In this document: positions 50,301 through 62,300 of the stretch, one piece after another
How positions within the stretch are numbered: the first letter of the stretch is position 1
How the letters are laid out: every line of letters starts with the position of its first letter
Assembly: GCA_051362555.1 (NCBI GenBank)
Contig: CM120642.1
Location: forward strand, 14,322,001 to 14,386,000
From: Lingula anatina
Lineage: Eukaryota; Animalia; Brachiopoda
Direction of reading: 5' to 3'
DNA length: 64,000 bases
Program-made: the position numbers and the translations under genes
Notes under the pieces: generated by a model
Told to the model about the DNA's origin: nothing
The model's input: the letters and a program-made list of their open reading frames with translations, nothing else
Database searches by the model: none

Positions 50301-53300
50301 GGGGTGATGGGGTTGGTAAATTGAAGAAATCTAATCTTGTTTTTCTTTTATTTTTACAGGATGAAGAAGATGATGAGGGACCCCACCCAGACATGGACTT
50401 CACTCTTCGATCCAAGTTAAGGTTAGTAAATTTCATTTTTTTGGGGTGATGGGGTTGGTAAATTGAAGAAATCTAATCTTGTTTTTCGTTTCTTTTTATA
50501 GGACGAAGAAGATGATGAGGGACCCCACTCGGACATGGACTTCACACTTGGATCCAAGCTAAGGTTAGTAAATTTCATTTTTTTGGGGTGGTGGGATGGG
50601 TAAATTGAAGAAATCTAATCTTGTTTTTCTTTTATTTTTACAGGATGAAGAAAATGATGAGGGACCCCACCCAGACATGGACTTCACTCTTGGATCCAAG
50701 TTAAGGTTAGTAAATTTCATTTTTTTGGGGTGATGGGGTTGGTAAATTGAAGAAATCTAATCCTGTTTTTCGTTTCTTTTTACAGGACGAAGAAGATGAA
50801 GTGAGACCCCAACCGGACATGGACTTCACCCTTGGATCCAAGCTAAGGTAAGTAAATTTCATTTTTTTGGGGTGGCGGGAATGGTAAATTGAAGAAATCT
50901 AATCCTGTTTTTCGTTTCTTTTTACAGGACAAAGAAGATGATGAGTGCCCCCAACCGGACATGGACTTCACCCTTAGATTCAAGCTAAGGTTAGTAAATT
51001 TCATTTTTGGGGGGTGGGGGGATTAGTAAATTGAAGAAATCTAATCCTGTTTTTCGTTTCTTTTTACAGGACAAAGAAGATGATGAGCGCCCCTACCCAG
51101 ACATGGACTTCACACTTGGATCCAAGCTAAGGTTAGTAAATTTTATTTTTTCGGGGTGGTGGGATGGGTAAATTGAAGAAATCTAATCTTGTTTTTCCTT
51201 TCTTTTTATAGGACGAAGAAGATGATGAGGGACCCCACCCGGACATGGACTTCACACTTGGATCTAAGCTAAGGTTAGTAAATTTCATTTTTTTGGGGTG
51301 ATGGGATGGGTAAATTGAAGAAATCTAATCTTGTTTTTCTTTTATTTTTACAGGATGAAGAAGATGAGGGACCCAACCCAGATATGGACTTTACTCTTGG
51401 ATCCAAGTTAAGGTTTGTAAATTTCATTTTTTTAGGGGTGGTGGGGTTGGTAAATTGAAGAAATCTAATCTTGTTTTTCATTTCTTTTTACCGGACGAAG
51501 AAGATGAAGTGAGACCCCAACCGGACATGGACTTCACCCTTGGATCCAAGCTAAGGTAAGTAAATTTCATTTTTTTTGGGGTGGCGGGAATGGTAAATTG
51601 AAGAAATCTAATCCTGTTTTTCGTTTCTTTTTACAGGACAAAGAAGATGATGAGCGCCCCCAACCGGACATGGACTTCACCCTTGGATTCAAGCTAAGGT
51701 TAGTAAATTTCATTTTTTGGGGGTGGGGGGATTAGTAAATTGAAGAAATCTAATCCTGTTTTTCGTTTCTTTTTACAGGACAAAGAAGATGATGAACGCC
51801 CCTACCCAGACATGGACTTCACACTTGGATCCAAGCTAAGGTTAGTAAATTTCATTTTTTTGGGGTGGTGGGATGGGTAAATTGAAGAAATCTAATCTTG
51901 TTTTTCTTTTCTTTTTATAGGACGAAGAAGATGATGAGGGACCCCACCCAGACATGGACTTCACACTTGGATCCAAGCTAAGGTTAGTAAATTTCATTTT
52001 TTTAGGGTGGTGGGATGGGTAAATTAAATAAATCTAATCTTCTTTTTCATTTCTTTTTACAGGACGAAGAAGATGAAGTGAGACCCAAACCAATGGACTT
52101 CACCCTTGGATCCAAGCTAAGGTAAGTAAATTTTATTTTTTTGGGGTGGCGGGAATGGTAAATTGAAGAAATCTAATCCTGTTTTTCGTTTCTTTTTACA
52201 GGACAAAGAAGATGATGAGCGCCCCCAACCAGACATGGACTTCACCCTTGGATTCAAGCTAAGGTTAGTAAATTTCATTTTTTGGGGTGGGGAGATTAGT
52301 AAATTGAAGAAATCTAATCCTGTTTTTCGTTTCTTTTTACAGGACAAAGAAGATGATGAGCGCCCCCAACCAGACATGGACTTCACCCTTGGATTCAAGC
52401 TAAGGTTAGTAAATTTCATTTTTTGGGGTGGGGAGATTAGTAAATTGAAGAAATCTAATCCTGTTTTTCGTTTCTTTTTACAGGACAAAGAAGATGATGA
52501 GCGCCCCTACCCAGACATGGACTTCACACTTGGATCCAAGCTAAGGTTAGTAAATTTTATTTTTTCGGGGTGGTGGGATGGGTAAATTGAAGAAATCTAA
52601 TCTTGTTTTTCGTTTCTTTTTATAGGACGAAGAAGATGATGAGGGACCCCACTCGGACATGGACTTCACACTTGGATCCAAGCTAAGGTTAGTAAATTTC
52701 ATTTTTTTGGGGTGGTGGGATGGGTAAATTGAAGAAATCTAATCTTGTTTTTCTTTTATTTTTACAGGATGAAGAAGATGATGAGGGACCCCACCCAGAC
52801 ATGGACTTCACTCTTGAATCCAAGTTAAGGTTAGTAAATTTCATTTTTTTGGGGTGATGGGGTTGGTAAATTGAAGAAATCTAATCCTGTTTTTCGTTTC
52901 TTTTTACAGGACGAAGAAGATGAAGTGAGACCCCAACCGAACATGGACTTCACCCTTGGATCCAAGCTAAGGTAAGTAAATTTCATTTTTTTGGGGTGGC
53001 GGGAATGGTAAATTGAAGAAATCTAATCCTGTTTTTCGTTTCTTTTTACAGGACAAAGAAGATGATGAGCGCCCCCAACCGGACATGGACTTCACCCTTG
53101 GATTCAAGCTAAGGTTAGTAAATTTCATTTTTTGGGGGTGGGGGGATTAGTAAATTGAAGAAATCTAATCCTGTTTTTCGTTTCTTTTTACAGGACAAAG
53201 AAGATGATGAGCGCCCCTACCCAGACATGGACTTCAAACTTGGATCCAAGCTAAGGTTAGTAAATTTTATTTTTTCGGGGTGGTGGGATGGGTAAATTGA

Positions 53301-56300
53301 AGAAATCTAATCTTGTTTTTCGTTTCTTTTTATAGGACGAAGAAGATGATGAGGGACCCCACCCGGACATGGACTTCACACTTGGATCCAAGCTAAGGTT
53401 AGTAAATTTCATTTTTTTTGGTGATGGGATGGGTAAATTGAAGAAATCTAATCTTGTTTTTCTTTTATTTTTACAGGATGAAGAAGATGAGGGACCCAAC
53501 CCAGATATGGACTTTACTCTTGGATCCAAGTTAAGGTTTGTAAATTTCATTTTTTTAGGGGTGGTGGGGTTGGTAAATTGAAGAAATCTAATCTTGTTTT
53601 TCATTTCTTTTTACCGGACGAAGAAGATGAAGTGAGACCCCAACCGGACATGGACTTCACCCTTGGATCCAAGCTAAGGTAAGTAAATTTCATTTTTTTG
53701 GGGTGGCGGGAATGGTAAATTGAAGAAATCTAATCCTGTTTTTCGTTTCTTTTTACAGGACAAAGAAGATGATGAGCGCCCCCAACCGGACATGGACTTC
53801 ACCCTTGGATTCAAGCTAAGGTTAGTCAATTTCATTTTTTGGGGGTGGGGGGATTAGTAAATTGAAGAAATCTAATCCTGTTTTTCGTTTCTTTTTACAG
53901 GACAAAGAAGATGATGAACGCCCCTACCCAGGCATGGACTTCACACTTGGATCCAAGCTAAGGTTAGTAAATTTCATTTTTTTGAGGTGGTGGGATGGGT
54001 AAATTGAAGAAATCTAATCTTGTTTTTCGTTTCTTTTTATAGGACGAAGAAGATGATGAGGGACCCCACCCGAACATGGACTTCACACTTGGATCCAAGC
54101 TAAGGTTAGTAAATTTTATTTTATCGGGGTGGTGGGATGGGTAAATTAAATAAATCTAATCTTGTTTTTCATTTCTTTTTACAGGACGAAGAAGATGAAG
54201 TGAGACCCCAACCGGACATGGACTTCACCCGTGGATCCAAGCTATGGTAAGTAAATTTCATTTTTTAGGGGTGGCGGGAATGGTAAATTGAAGAAATCTA
54301 ATCCTGTTTTTCTTTTCTTTTTACAGGATGAAGAAGATGATGAGGGACCCCACCCAGACATGGACTTCACTTTTGGATCAAAGTTAAGGTTAGTAAATTT
54401 CATTTTTTTAGGGTGGTGGGATGGGTAAATTAAATAAATCTAATCTTCTTTTTCATTTCTTTTTACAGGACGAAGAAGATGAAGTGAGACCCCAACCAGT
54501 GGACTTCACCCTTGGATCCAAGCTAAGGTAAGTAAATTTCATTTTTTTGGGGTGGCGGGAATGGTAAATTGAACAAATCTAATCCTGTTTTTCGTTTCTT
54601 TTTACAGGACAAAGAAGATGATGAGCGCCCCTTCCCAGACATGGACTTCACACTTGGATCCAAGCTAAGGTTAGTAAATTTCATTTTTTTGGGGTGGTGG
54701 GATGGGTAAATTAAATAAATCTAATCTTGTTTTTCATTTCTTTTTACAGGACGAAGAAGATGAAGTGAGACCCCAACCGGACATGGACTTCACCCGTGGA
54801 TCCAAGCTAAGGTAAGTAAATTTCATTTTTTTGGGGTGGCGGGAATGGTAAATTGAAGAAATCTAATCCTGTTTTTCGTTTCTTTTTACAGGACAAAGAA
54901 GATGATGAGCGCCCCCAACCGGACATGGACTTCACCCTTGGATTCAAGCTGAGGTTAGTAAATTTCATTTTTTAGGGGTGGGGGGATTAGTAAATTGAAG
55001 AAATCTAATCCTGTTTTTCGTTTCTTTTTACAGGACAAAGAAGATGATGAGCGCCCCTACCCAGACATGGACTTCACACTTGGATCCAAGCTAAGGTTAG
55101 TAAATTTTATTTTTTCGGGGTGGTGGGATGGGTAAATTGAAGAAATCTAATCTTGTTTTTCGTTTCTTTTTATAGGACGAAGAAGATGATGAGGGACCCC
55201 ACCCGGACATGGACTTCACACTTGGATCTAAGCTAAGGTTAGTAAATTTCATTTTTTTGGGGTGATGGGATGGGTAAATTGAAGAAATCTAATCTTGTTT
55301 TTCTTTTATTTTTACAGGATGAAGAAGATGATGAGGGACCCCACTCGGACATGGACTTCACACTTGGATCCAAGCTAAGGTTAGTAAATTTCATTTTTTT
55401 GGGGTGGTGGGATGGGTAAATTGAAGAAATCTAATCTTGTTTTTCTTTTATTTTTACAGGATGAAGAAGATGATGAGGGACCCCACCCAGACATGGACTT
55501 CACTCTTGGATCCAAGTTAAGGTTAGTAAATTTCATTTTTTTGGGGTGATGGGGTTGGTAAATTGAAGAAATCTAATCTTGTTTTTCTTTTATTTTTACA
55601 GGATGAAGAAGATGATGAGGGACCCCACCCAGACATGGACTTCACTCTTGGATCCAAGTTAAGGTTAGTAAATTTCATTTTTTTGGGGTGATGGGGTTGG
55701 TAAATTGAAGAAATCTAATCTTGTTTTTCGTTTCTTTTTATAGGACGAAGAAGATGATGAGGGACCCCACTCGGACATGGACTTCACACTTGGATCCAAG
55801 CTAAGGTTAGTAAATTTCATTTTTTTGGGGTGGTGGGATGGGTAAATTGAAGAAATCTAATCTTGTTTTTCTTTTATTTTTACAGGATGAAGAAGATGAT
55901 GAGGGACCCCACCCAGACATGGACTTCACCCTTGGATTCAAGCTAAGGTTAGTAAATTTCATTTTTTGGGGTGGGGAGATTAGTAAATTGAAGAAATCTA
56001 ATCCTGTTTTTCGTTTCTTTTTACAGGACAAAGAAGATGATGAGCGCCCCCAACCGGACATGGACTTCACCCTTGGATTCAAGCTAAGGTTAGTAAATTT
56101 CATTTTTTGGGGGTGGGGGGATTAGTAAATTGAAGAAATCTAATCCTGTTTTTCGTTTCTTTTTACAGGACAAAGAAGATGATGAACGCCCCTACCCAGA
56201 CATGGACTTCACACTTGGATCCAAGCTAAGGTTAGTAAATTTCATTTTTTTGGGGTGGTGGGATGGGTAAATTGAAGAAATCTAATCTTGTTTTTCGTTT

Positions 56301-59300
56301 CTTTTTATAGGACGAAGAAGATGATGAGGGACCCCACCCGAACATGGACTTCACACTTGGATCCAAGCTAAGGTTAGTAAATTTTATTTTATCGGGGTGG
56401 TGGGATGGGTAAATTAAATAAATCTAATCTTGTTTTTCATTTCTTTTTACAGGACGAAGAAGATGAAGTGAGACCCCAACCGGACATGGACTTCACCCGT
56501 GGATCCAAGCTATGGTAAGTAAATTTCATTTTTTAGGGGTGGCGGGAATGGTAAATTGAAGAAATCTAATCCTGTTTTTCTTTTCTTTTTACAGGATGAA
56601 GAAGATGATGAGGGACCCCACCCAGACATGGACTTCACTTTTGGATCAAAGTTAAGGTTAGTAAATTTCATTTTTTTGGGGTGGTGGGATGGGTAAATTG
56701 AAGAAATCTAATCTTGTTTTTCTTTTCTTTTTATAGGACGAAGAAGATGATGAGGGACCCCACCCAGACATGGACTTCACACTTGGATCCAAGCTAAGGT
56801 TAGTAAATTTCATTTTTTGGGGTGGGGAGATTAGTAAATTGAAGAAATCTAATCCTGTTTTTCGTTTCTTTTTACAGGACAAAGAAGATGATGAGCGCCC
56901 CCAACCGGACATGGACTTCACCCTTGGATTCAAGCTAAGGTTAGTAAATTTCATTTTTTGGGGGTGGGGGGATTAGTAAATTGAAGAAATCTAATCCTGT
57001 TTTTCGTTTCTTTTTATAGGACAAAGAAGATGATGAGCGCCCCTACCCAGACATGGACTTCACACTTGGATCCAAGCTAAGGTTAGTAAATTTTATTTTT
57101 TCGGGATGGTGGGATGGGTAAATTGAAGAAATCTAATCTTGTTTTTCTTTTCTTTTTACAGGATGAAGAAGATGATAAGGGACCCCACCCAGACATGGAC
57201 TTCACTCTTGGATCCAAGTTAAGGTTAGTAAATTTCATTTTTTTGGGGTGGTGGGGTTGGTAAATTGAATAAATCTAATCTTGTTTTTCATTTCTTTTTA
57301 CAGGATGAAGAAGATGAAGTGAGACCCCAACCGGACATGGACTTCACCCTTGGATCCAAGCTAAGGTAAGTAAATTTCATTTTTTTGGGGTGGCGGGAAT
57401 GGTAAATTGAAGAAATCTAATCCTGTTTTTCGTTTCTTTTTACAGGACAAAGAAGATGATGAGCGCCCCTTCCCAGACATGGACTTCACACTTGGATCCA
57501 AGCTAAGGTTAGTAAATTTCATTTTTTTGGGGTGGTGGGATGGGTAAATTAAATAAATCTAATCTTGTTTTTCATTTCTTTTTACAGGACGAAGAAGATG
57601 AAGTGAGACCCCAACCGGACATGGACTTCACCCGTGGATCCAAGCTAAGGTAAGTAAATTTCATTTTTTTGGGGTGGCGGGAATGGTAAATTGAAGAAAT
57701 CTAATCCTGTTTTTCGTTTCTTTTTACAGGACAAAGAAGATGATGAGCGCCCCCAACCGGACATGGACTTCACCCTTGGATTCAAGCTAAGGTTAGTAAA
57801 TTTCATTTTTTAGGGGTGGGGGGATTAGTAAATTGAAGAAATCTAATCCTGTTTTTCGTTTCTTTTTACAGGACAAAGAAGATGATGAGCGCCCCTACCC
57901 TGACATGGACTTCACACTTGGATCCAAGCTAAGGTTAGTAAATTTCATTTTTTTGGGGTGGTGGGATGGGTAAATTGAAGAAATCTAATCTTGTTTTTCT
58001 TTTCTTTTTACAGGATGAAGCAGATGATGAGGGACCCCACCCAGACATGGACTTCACACTTGGATCCAAGTTAAGGTTAGTAAATTTCATTTTTTTGGGG
58101 TGATGGGGTTGGTAAATTGAAGAAATCTAATCTTGTTTTTCATTTCTTTTTACAGGACGAAGAAGATGAAGTGAGACCCCAACCGGACATGGACTTCACC
58201 CTTGGATCCAAGCTAAGGTAAGTAAATTTCATTTTTTTGGGGTGGCGGGAATGGTAAATTGAAGAAATCTAATCCTGTTTTTCGTTTCTTTTTACAGGAC
58301 AAAGAAGATGATGAGCGCCCCCAACCGGACATGGACTTCACCCTTGGATTCAAGCTAAGGTTAGTAAATTTCATTTTTTGGGGGTGGGGGGATTAGTAAA
58401 TTGAAGAAATCTAATCCTGTTTTTCGTTTCTTTTTACAGGACAAAGAAGATGATGAACGCCCCTACCCAGACATGGACTTCACACTTGGATCCAAGCTAA
58501 GGTTAGTAAATTTCATTTTTTTGGGGTGGTGGGATGGGTAAATTGAAGAAATCTAATCTTGTTTTTCGTTTCTTTTTATAGGACGAAGAAGATGATGAGG
58601 GACCCCACCCGAACATGGACTTCACACTTGGATCCAAGCTAAGGTTAGTAAATTTTATTTTATCGGGGTGGTGGGATGGGTAAATTAAATAAATCTAATC
58701 TTGTTTTTCATTTCTTTTTACAGGACGAAGAAGATGAAGTGAGACCCCAACCGGACATGGACTTCACCCGTGGATCCAAGCTATGGTAAGTAAATTTCAT
58801 TTTTTAGGGGTGGCGGGAATGGTAAATTGAAGAAATCTAATCCTGTTTTTCTTTTCTTTTTACAGGATGAAGAAGATGATGAGGGACCCCACCCAGACAT
58901 GGACTTCACTTTTGGATCAAAGTTAAGGTTAGTAAATTTCATTTTTTTGGGGTGGTGGGATGGGTAAATTGAAGAAATCTAATCTTGTTTTTCTTTTCTT
59001 TTTATAGGACAAAGAAGATGATGAGGGACCCCACCCAGACATGGACTTCACACTTGGATCCAAGCTAAGGTTAGTAAATTTCATTTTTTTAGGGTGGTGG
59101 GATGGGTAAATTAAATAAATCTAATCTTCTTTTTCATTTCTTTTTACAGGACGAAGAAGATGAAGTGAGACCCCAACCAGTGGACTTCACCCTTGGATCC
59201 AAGCTAAGGTAAGTAAATTTTATTTTTTTGGGGTGGCGGGAATGGTAAATTGAAGAAATCTAATCCTGTTTTTCGTTTCTTTTTACAGGACAAAGAAGAT

Positions 59301-62300
59301 GATGAGCGCCCCCAACCAGACATGGACTTCACCCTTGGATTCAAGCTAAGGTTAGTAAATTTCATTTTTTGGGGTGGGGAGATTAGTAAATTGAAGAAAT
59401 CTAATCCTGTTTTTCGTTTCTTTTTACAGGACAAAGAAGATGATGAGCGCCCCCAACCGGACATGGACTTCACCCTTGGATTCAAGCTAAGGTTAGTAAA
59501 TTTCATTTTTTGGGGGTGGGGGGATTAGTAAATTGAAGAAATCTAATCCTGTTTTTCGTTTCTTTTTACAGGACAAAGAAGATGATGAGCGCCCCTACCC
59601 AGACATGGACTTCACACTTGGATCCAAGCTAAGGTTAGTAAATTTTATTTTTTCGGGATGGTGGGATGGGTAAATTGAAGAAATCTAATCTTGTTTTTCT
59701 TTTCTTTTTACAGGATGAAGAAGATGATAAGGGACCCCACCCAGACATGGACTTCACTCTTGGATCCAAGTTAAGGTTAGTAAATTTCATTTTTTGGGGG
59801 TGGTGGGGTTGGTAAATTGAATAAATCTAATCTTGTTTTTCATTTCTTTTTACAGGATGAAGAAGATGAAGTGAGACCCCAACCGGACATGGACTTCACC
59901 CTTGGATCCAAGCTAAGGTAAGTAAATTTCATTTTTTTGGGGTGGCGGGAATGGTAAATTGAAGAAATCTAATCCTGTTTTTCGTTTCTTTTTACAGGAC
60001 AAAGAAGATGATGAGCGCCCCCAACCGGACATGGACTTCACCCTTGGATTCAAGCTAAGGTTAGTAAATTTCATTTTTTGGGGGTGGGGGGATTAGTAAA
60101 TTGAAGAAATCTAATCCTGTTTTTCGTTTCTTTTTACAGGACAAAGAAGATGATGAACGCCCCTACCCAGACATGGACTTCACACTTGGATCCAAGCTAA
60201 GGTTAGTAAATTTTATTTTATCGGGGTGGTGGGATGGGTAAATTAAATAAATCTAATCTTGTTTTTCATTTCTTTTTACAGGACGAAGAAGATGAAGTGA
60301 GACCCCAACCGGACATGGACTTCACCCGTGGATCCAAGCTATGGTAAGTAAATTTCATTTTTTAGGGGTGGCGGGAATGGTAAATTGAAGAAATCTAATC
60401 CTGTTTTTCTTTTCTTTTTACAGGATGAAGAAGATGATGAGGGACCCCACCCAGACATGGACTTCACTTTTGGATCAAAGTTAAGGTTAGTAAATTTCAT
60501 TTTTTTGGGGTGGTGGGATGGGTAAATTGAAGAAATCTAATCTTGTTTTTCTTTTCTTTTTATAGGACGAAGAAGATGATGAGGGACCCCACCCAGACAT
60601 GGACTTCACACTTGGATCCAAGCTAAGGTTAGTAAATTTCATTTTTTTAGGGTGGTGGGATGGGTAAATTAAATAAATCTAATCTTCTTTTTCATTTCTT
60701 TTTACAGGACGAAGAAGATGAAGTGAGACCCCAACCAGTGGACTTCACCCTTGGATCCAAGCTAAGGTAAGTAAATTTTATTTTTTTGGGGTGGCGGGAA
60801 TGGTAAATTGAAGAAATCTAATCCTGTTTTTCGTTTCTTTTTACAGGACAAAGAAGATGATGAGCGCCCCCAACCAGACATGGACTTCACCCTTGGATTC
60901 AAGCTAAGGTTAGTAAATTTCATTTTTTGGGGTGGGGAGATTAGTAAATTGAAGAAATCTAATCCTGTTTTTCGTTTCTTTTTACAGGACAAAGAAGATG
61001 ATGAGCGCCCCCAACCGGACATGGACTTCACCCTTGGATTCAAGCTAAGGTTAGTAAATTTCATTTTTTGGGGGTGGGGGGATTAGTAAATTGAAGAAAT
61101 CTAATCCTGTTTTTCGTTTCTTTTTATAGGACAAAGAAGATGATGAGCGCCCCTACCCAGACATGGACTTCACACTTGGATCCAAGCTAAGGTTAGTAAA
61201 TTTTATTTTTTCGGGATGGTGGGATGGGTAAATTGAAGAAATCTAATCTTGTTTTTCTTTTCTTTTTACAGGATGAAGAAGATGATAAGGGACCCCACCC
61301 AGACATGGACTTCACTCTTGGATCCAAGTTAAGGTTAGTAAATTTCATTTTTTTGGGGTGGTGGGGTTGGTAAATTGAATAAATCTAATCTTGTTTTTCA
61401 TTTCTTTTTACAGGATGAAGAAGATGAAGTGAGACCCCAACCGGACATGGGCTTCACCCTTGGATCCAAGCTAAGGTAAGTAAATTTCATTTTTTTGGGG
61501 TGGCGGGAATGGTAAATTGAAGAAATCTAATCCTGTTTTTCGTTTCTTTTTACAGGACAAAGAAGATGATGAGCGCCCCTTCCCAGACATGGACTTCACA
61601 CTTGGATCCAAGCTAAGGTTAGTAAATTTCATTTTTTTGGGGTGGTGGGATGGGTAAATTAAATAAATCTAATCTTGTTTTTCATTTCTTTTTACAGGAC
61701 GAAGAAGATGAAGTGAGACCCCAACCGGACATGGACTTCACCCGTGGATCCAAGCTAAGGTAAGTAAATTTCATTTTTTTGGGGTGGCGGGAATGGTAAA
61801 TTGAAGAAATCTAATCCTGTTTTTCGTTTCTTTTTACAGGACAAAGAAGATGATGAGCGCCCCCAACCGGACATGGACTTCACCCTTGGATTCAAGCTAA
61901 GGTTAGTAAATTTCATTTTTTAGGGGTGGGGGGATTAGTAAATTGAAGAAATCTAATCCTGTTTTTCGTTTCTTTTTACAGGACAAAGAAGATGATGAGC
62001 GCCCCTACCCAGACATGGACTTCACACTTGGATCCAAGCTAAGGTTAGTAAATTTCATTTTTTTGGGGTGGTGGGATGGGTAAATTGAAGAAATCTAATC
62101 TTGTTTTTCGTTTCTTTTTATAGGACGAAGAAGATGATGAGGGACCCCACCCGAACATGGACTTCACACTTGGATCCAAGCTAAGGTTAGTAAATTTTAT
62201 TTTATCGGGGTGGTGGGATGGGTAAATTAAATAAATCTAATCTTGTTTTTCATTTCTTTTTACAGGACGAAGAAGATGAAGTGAGACCCCAACCGGACAT

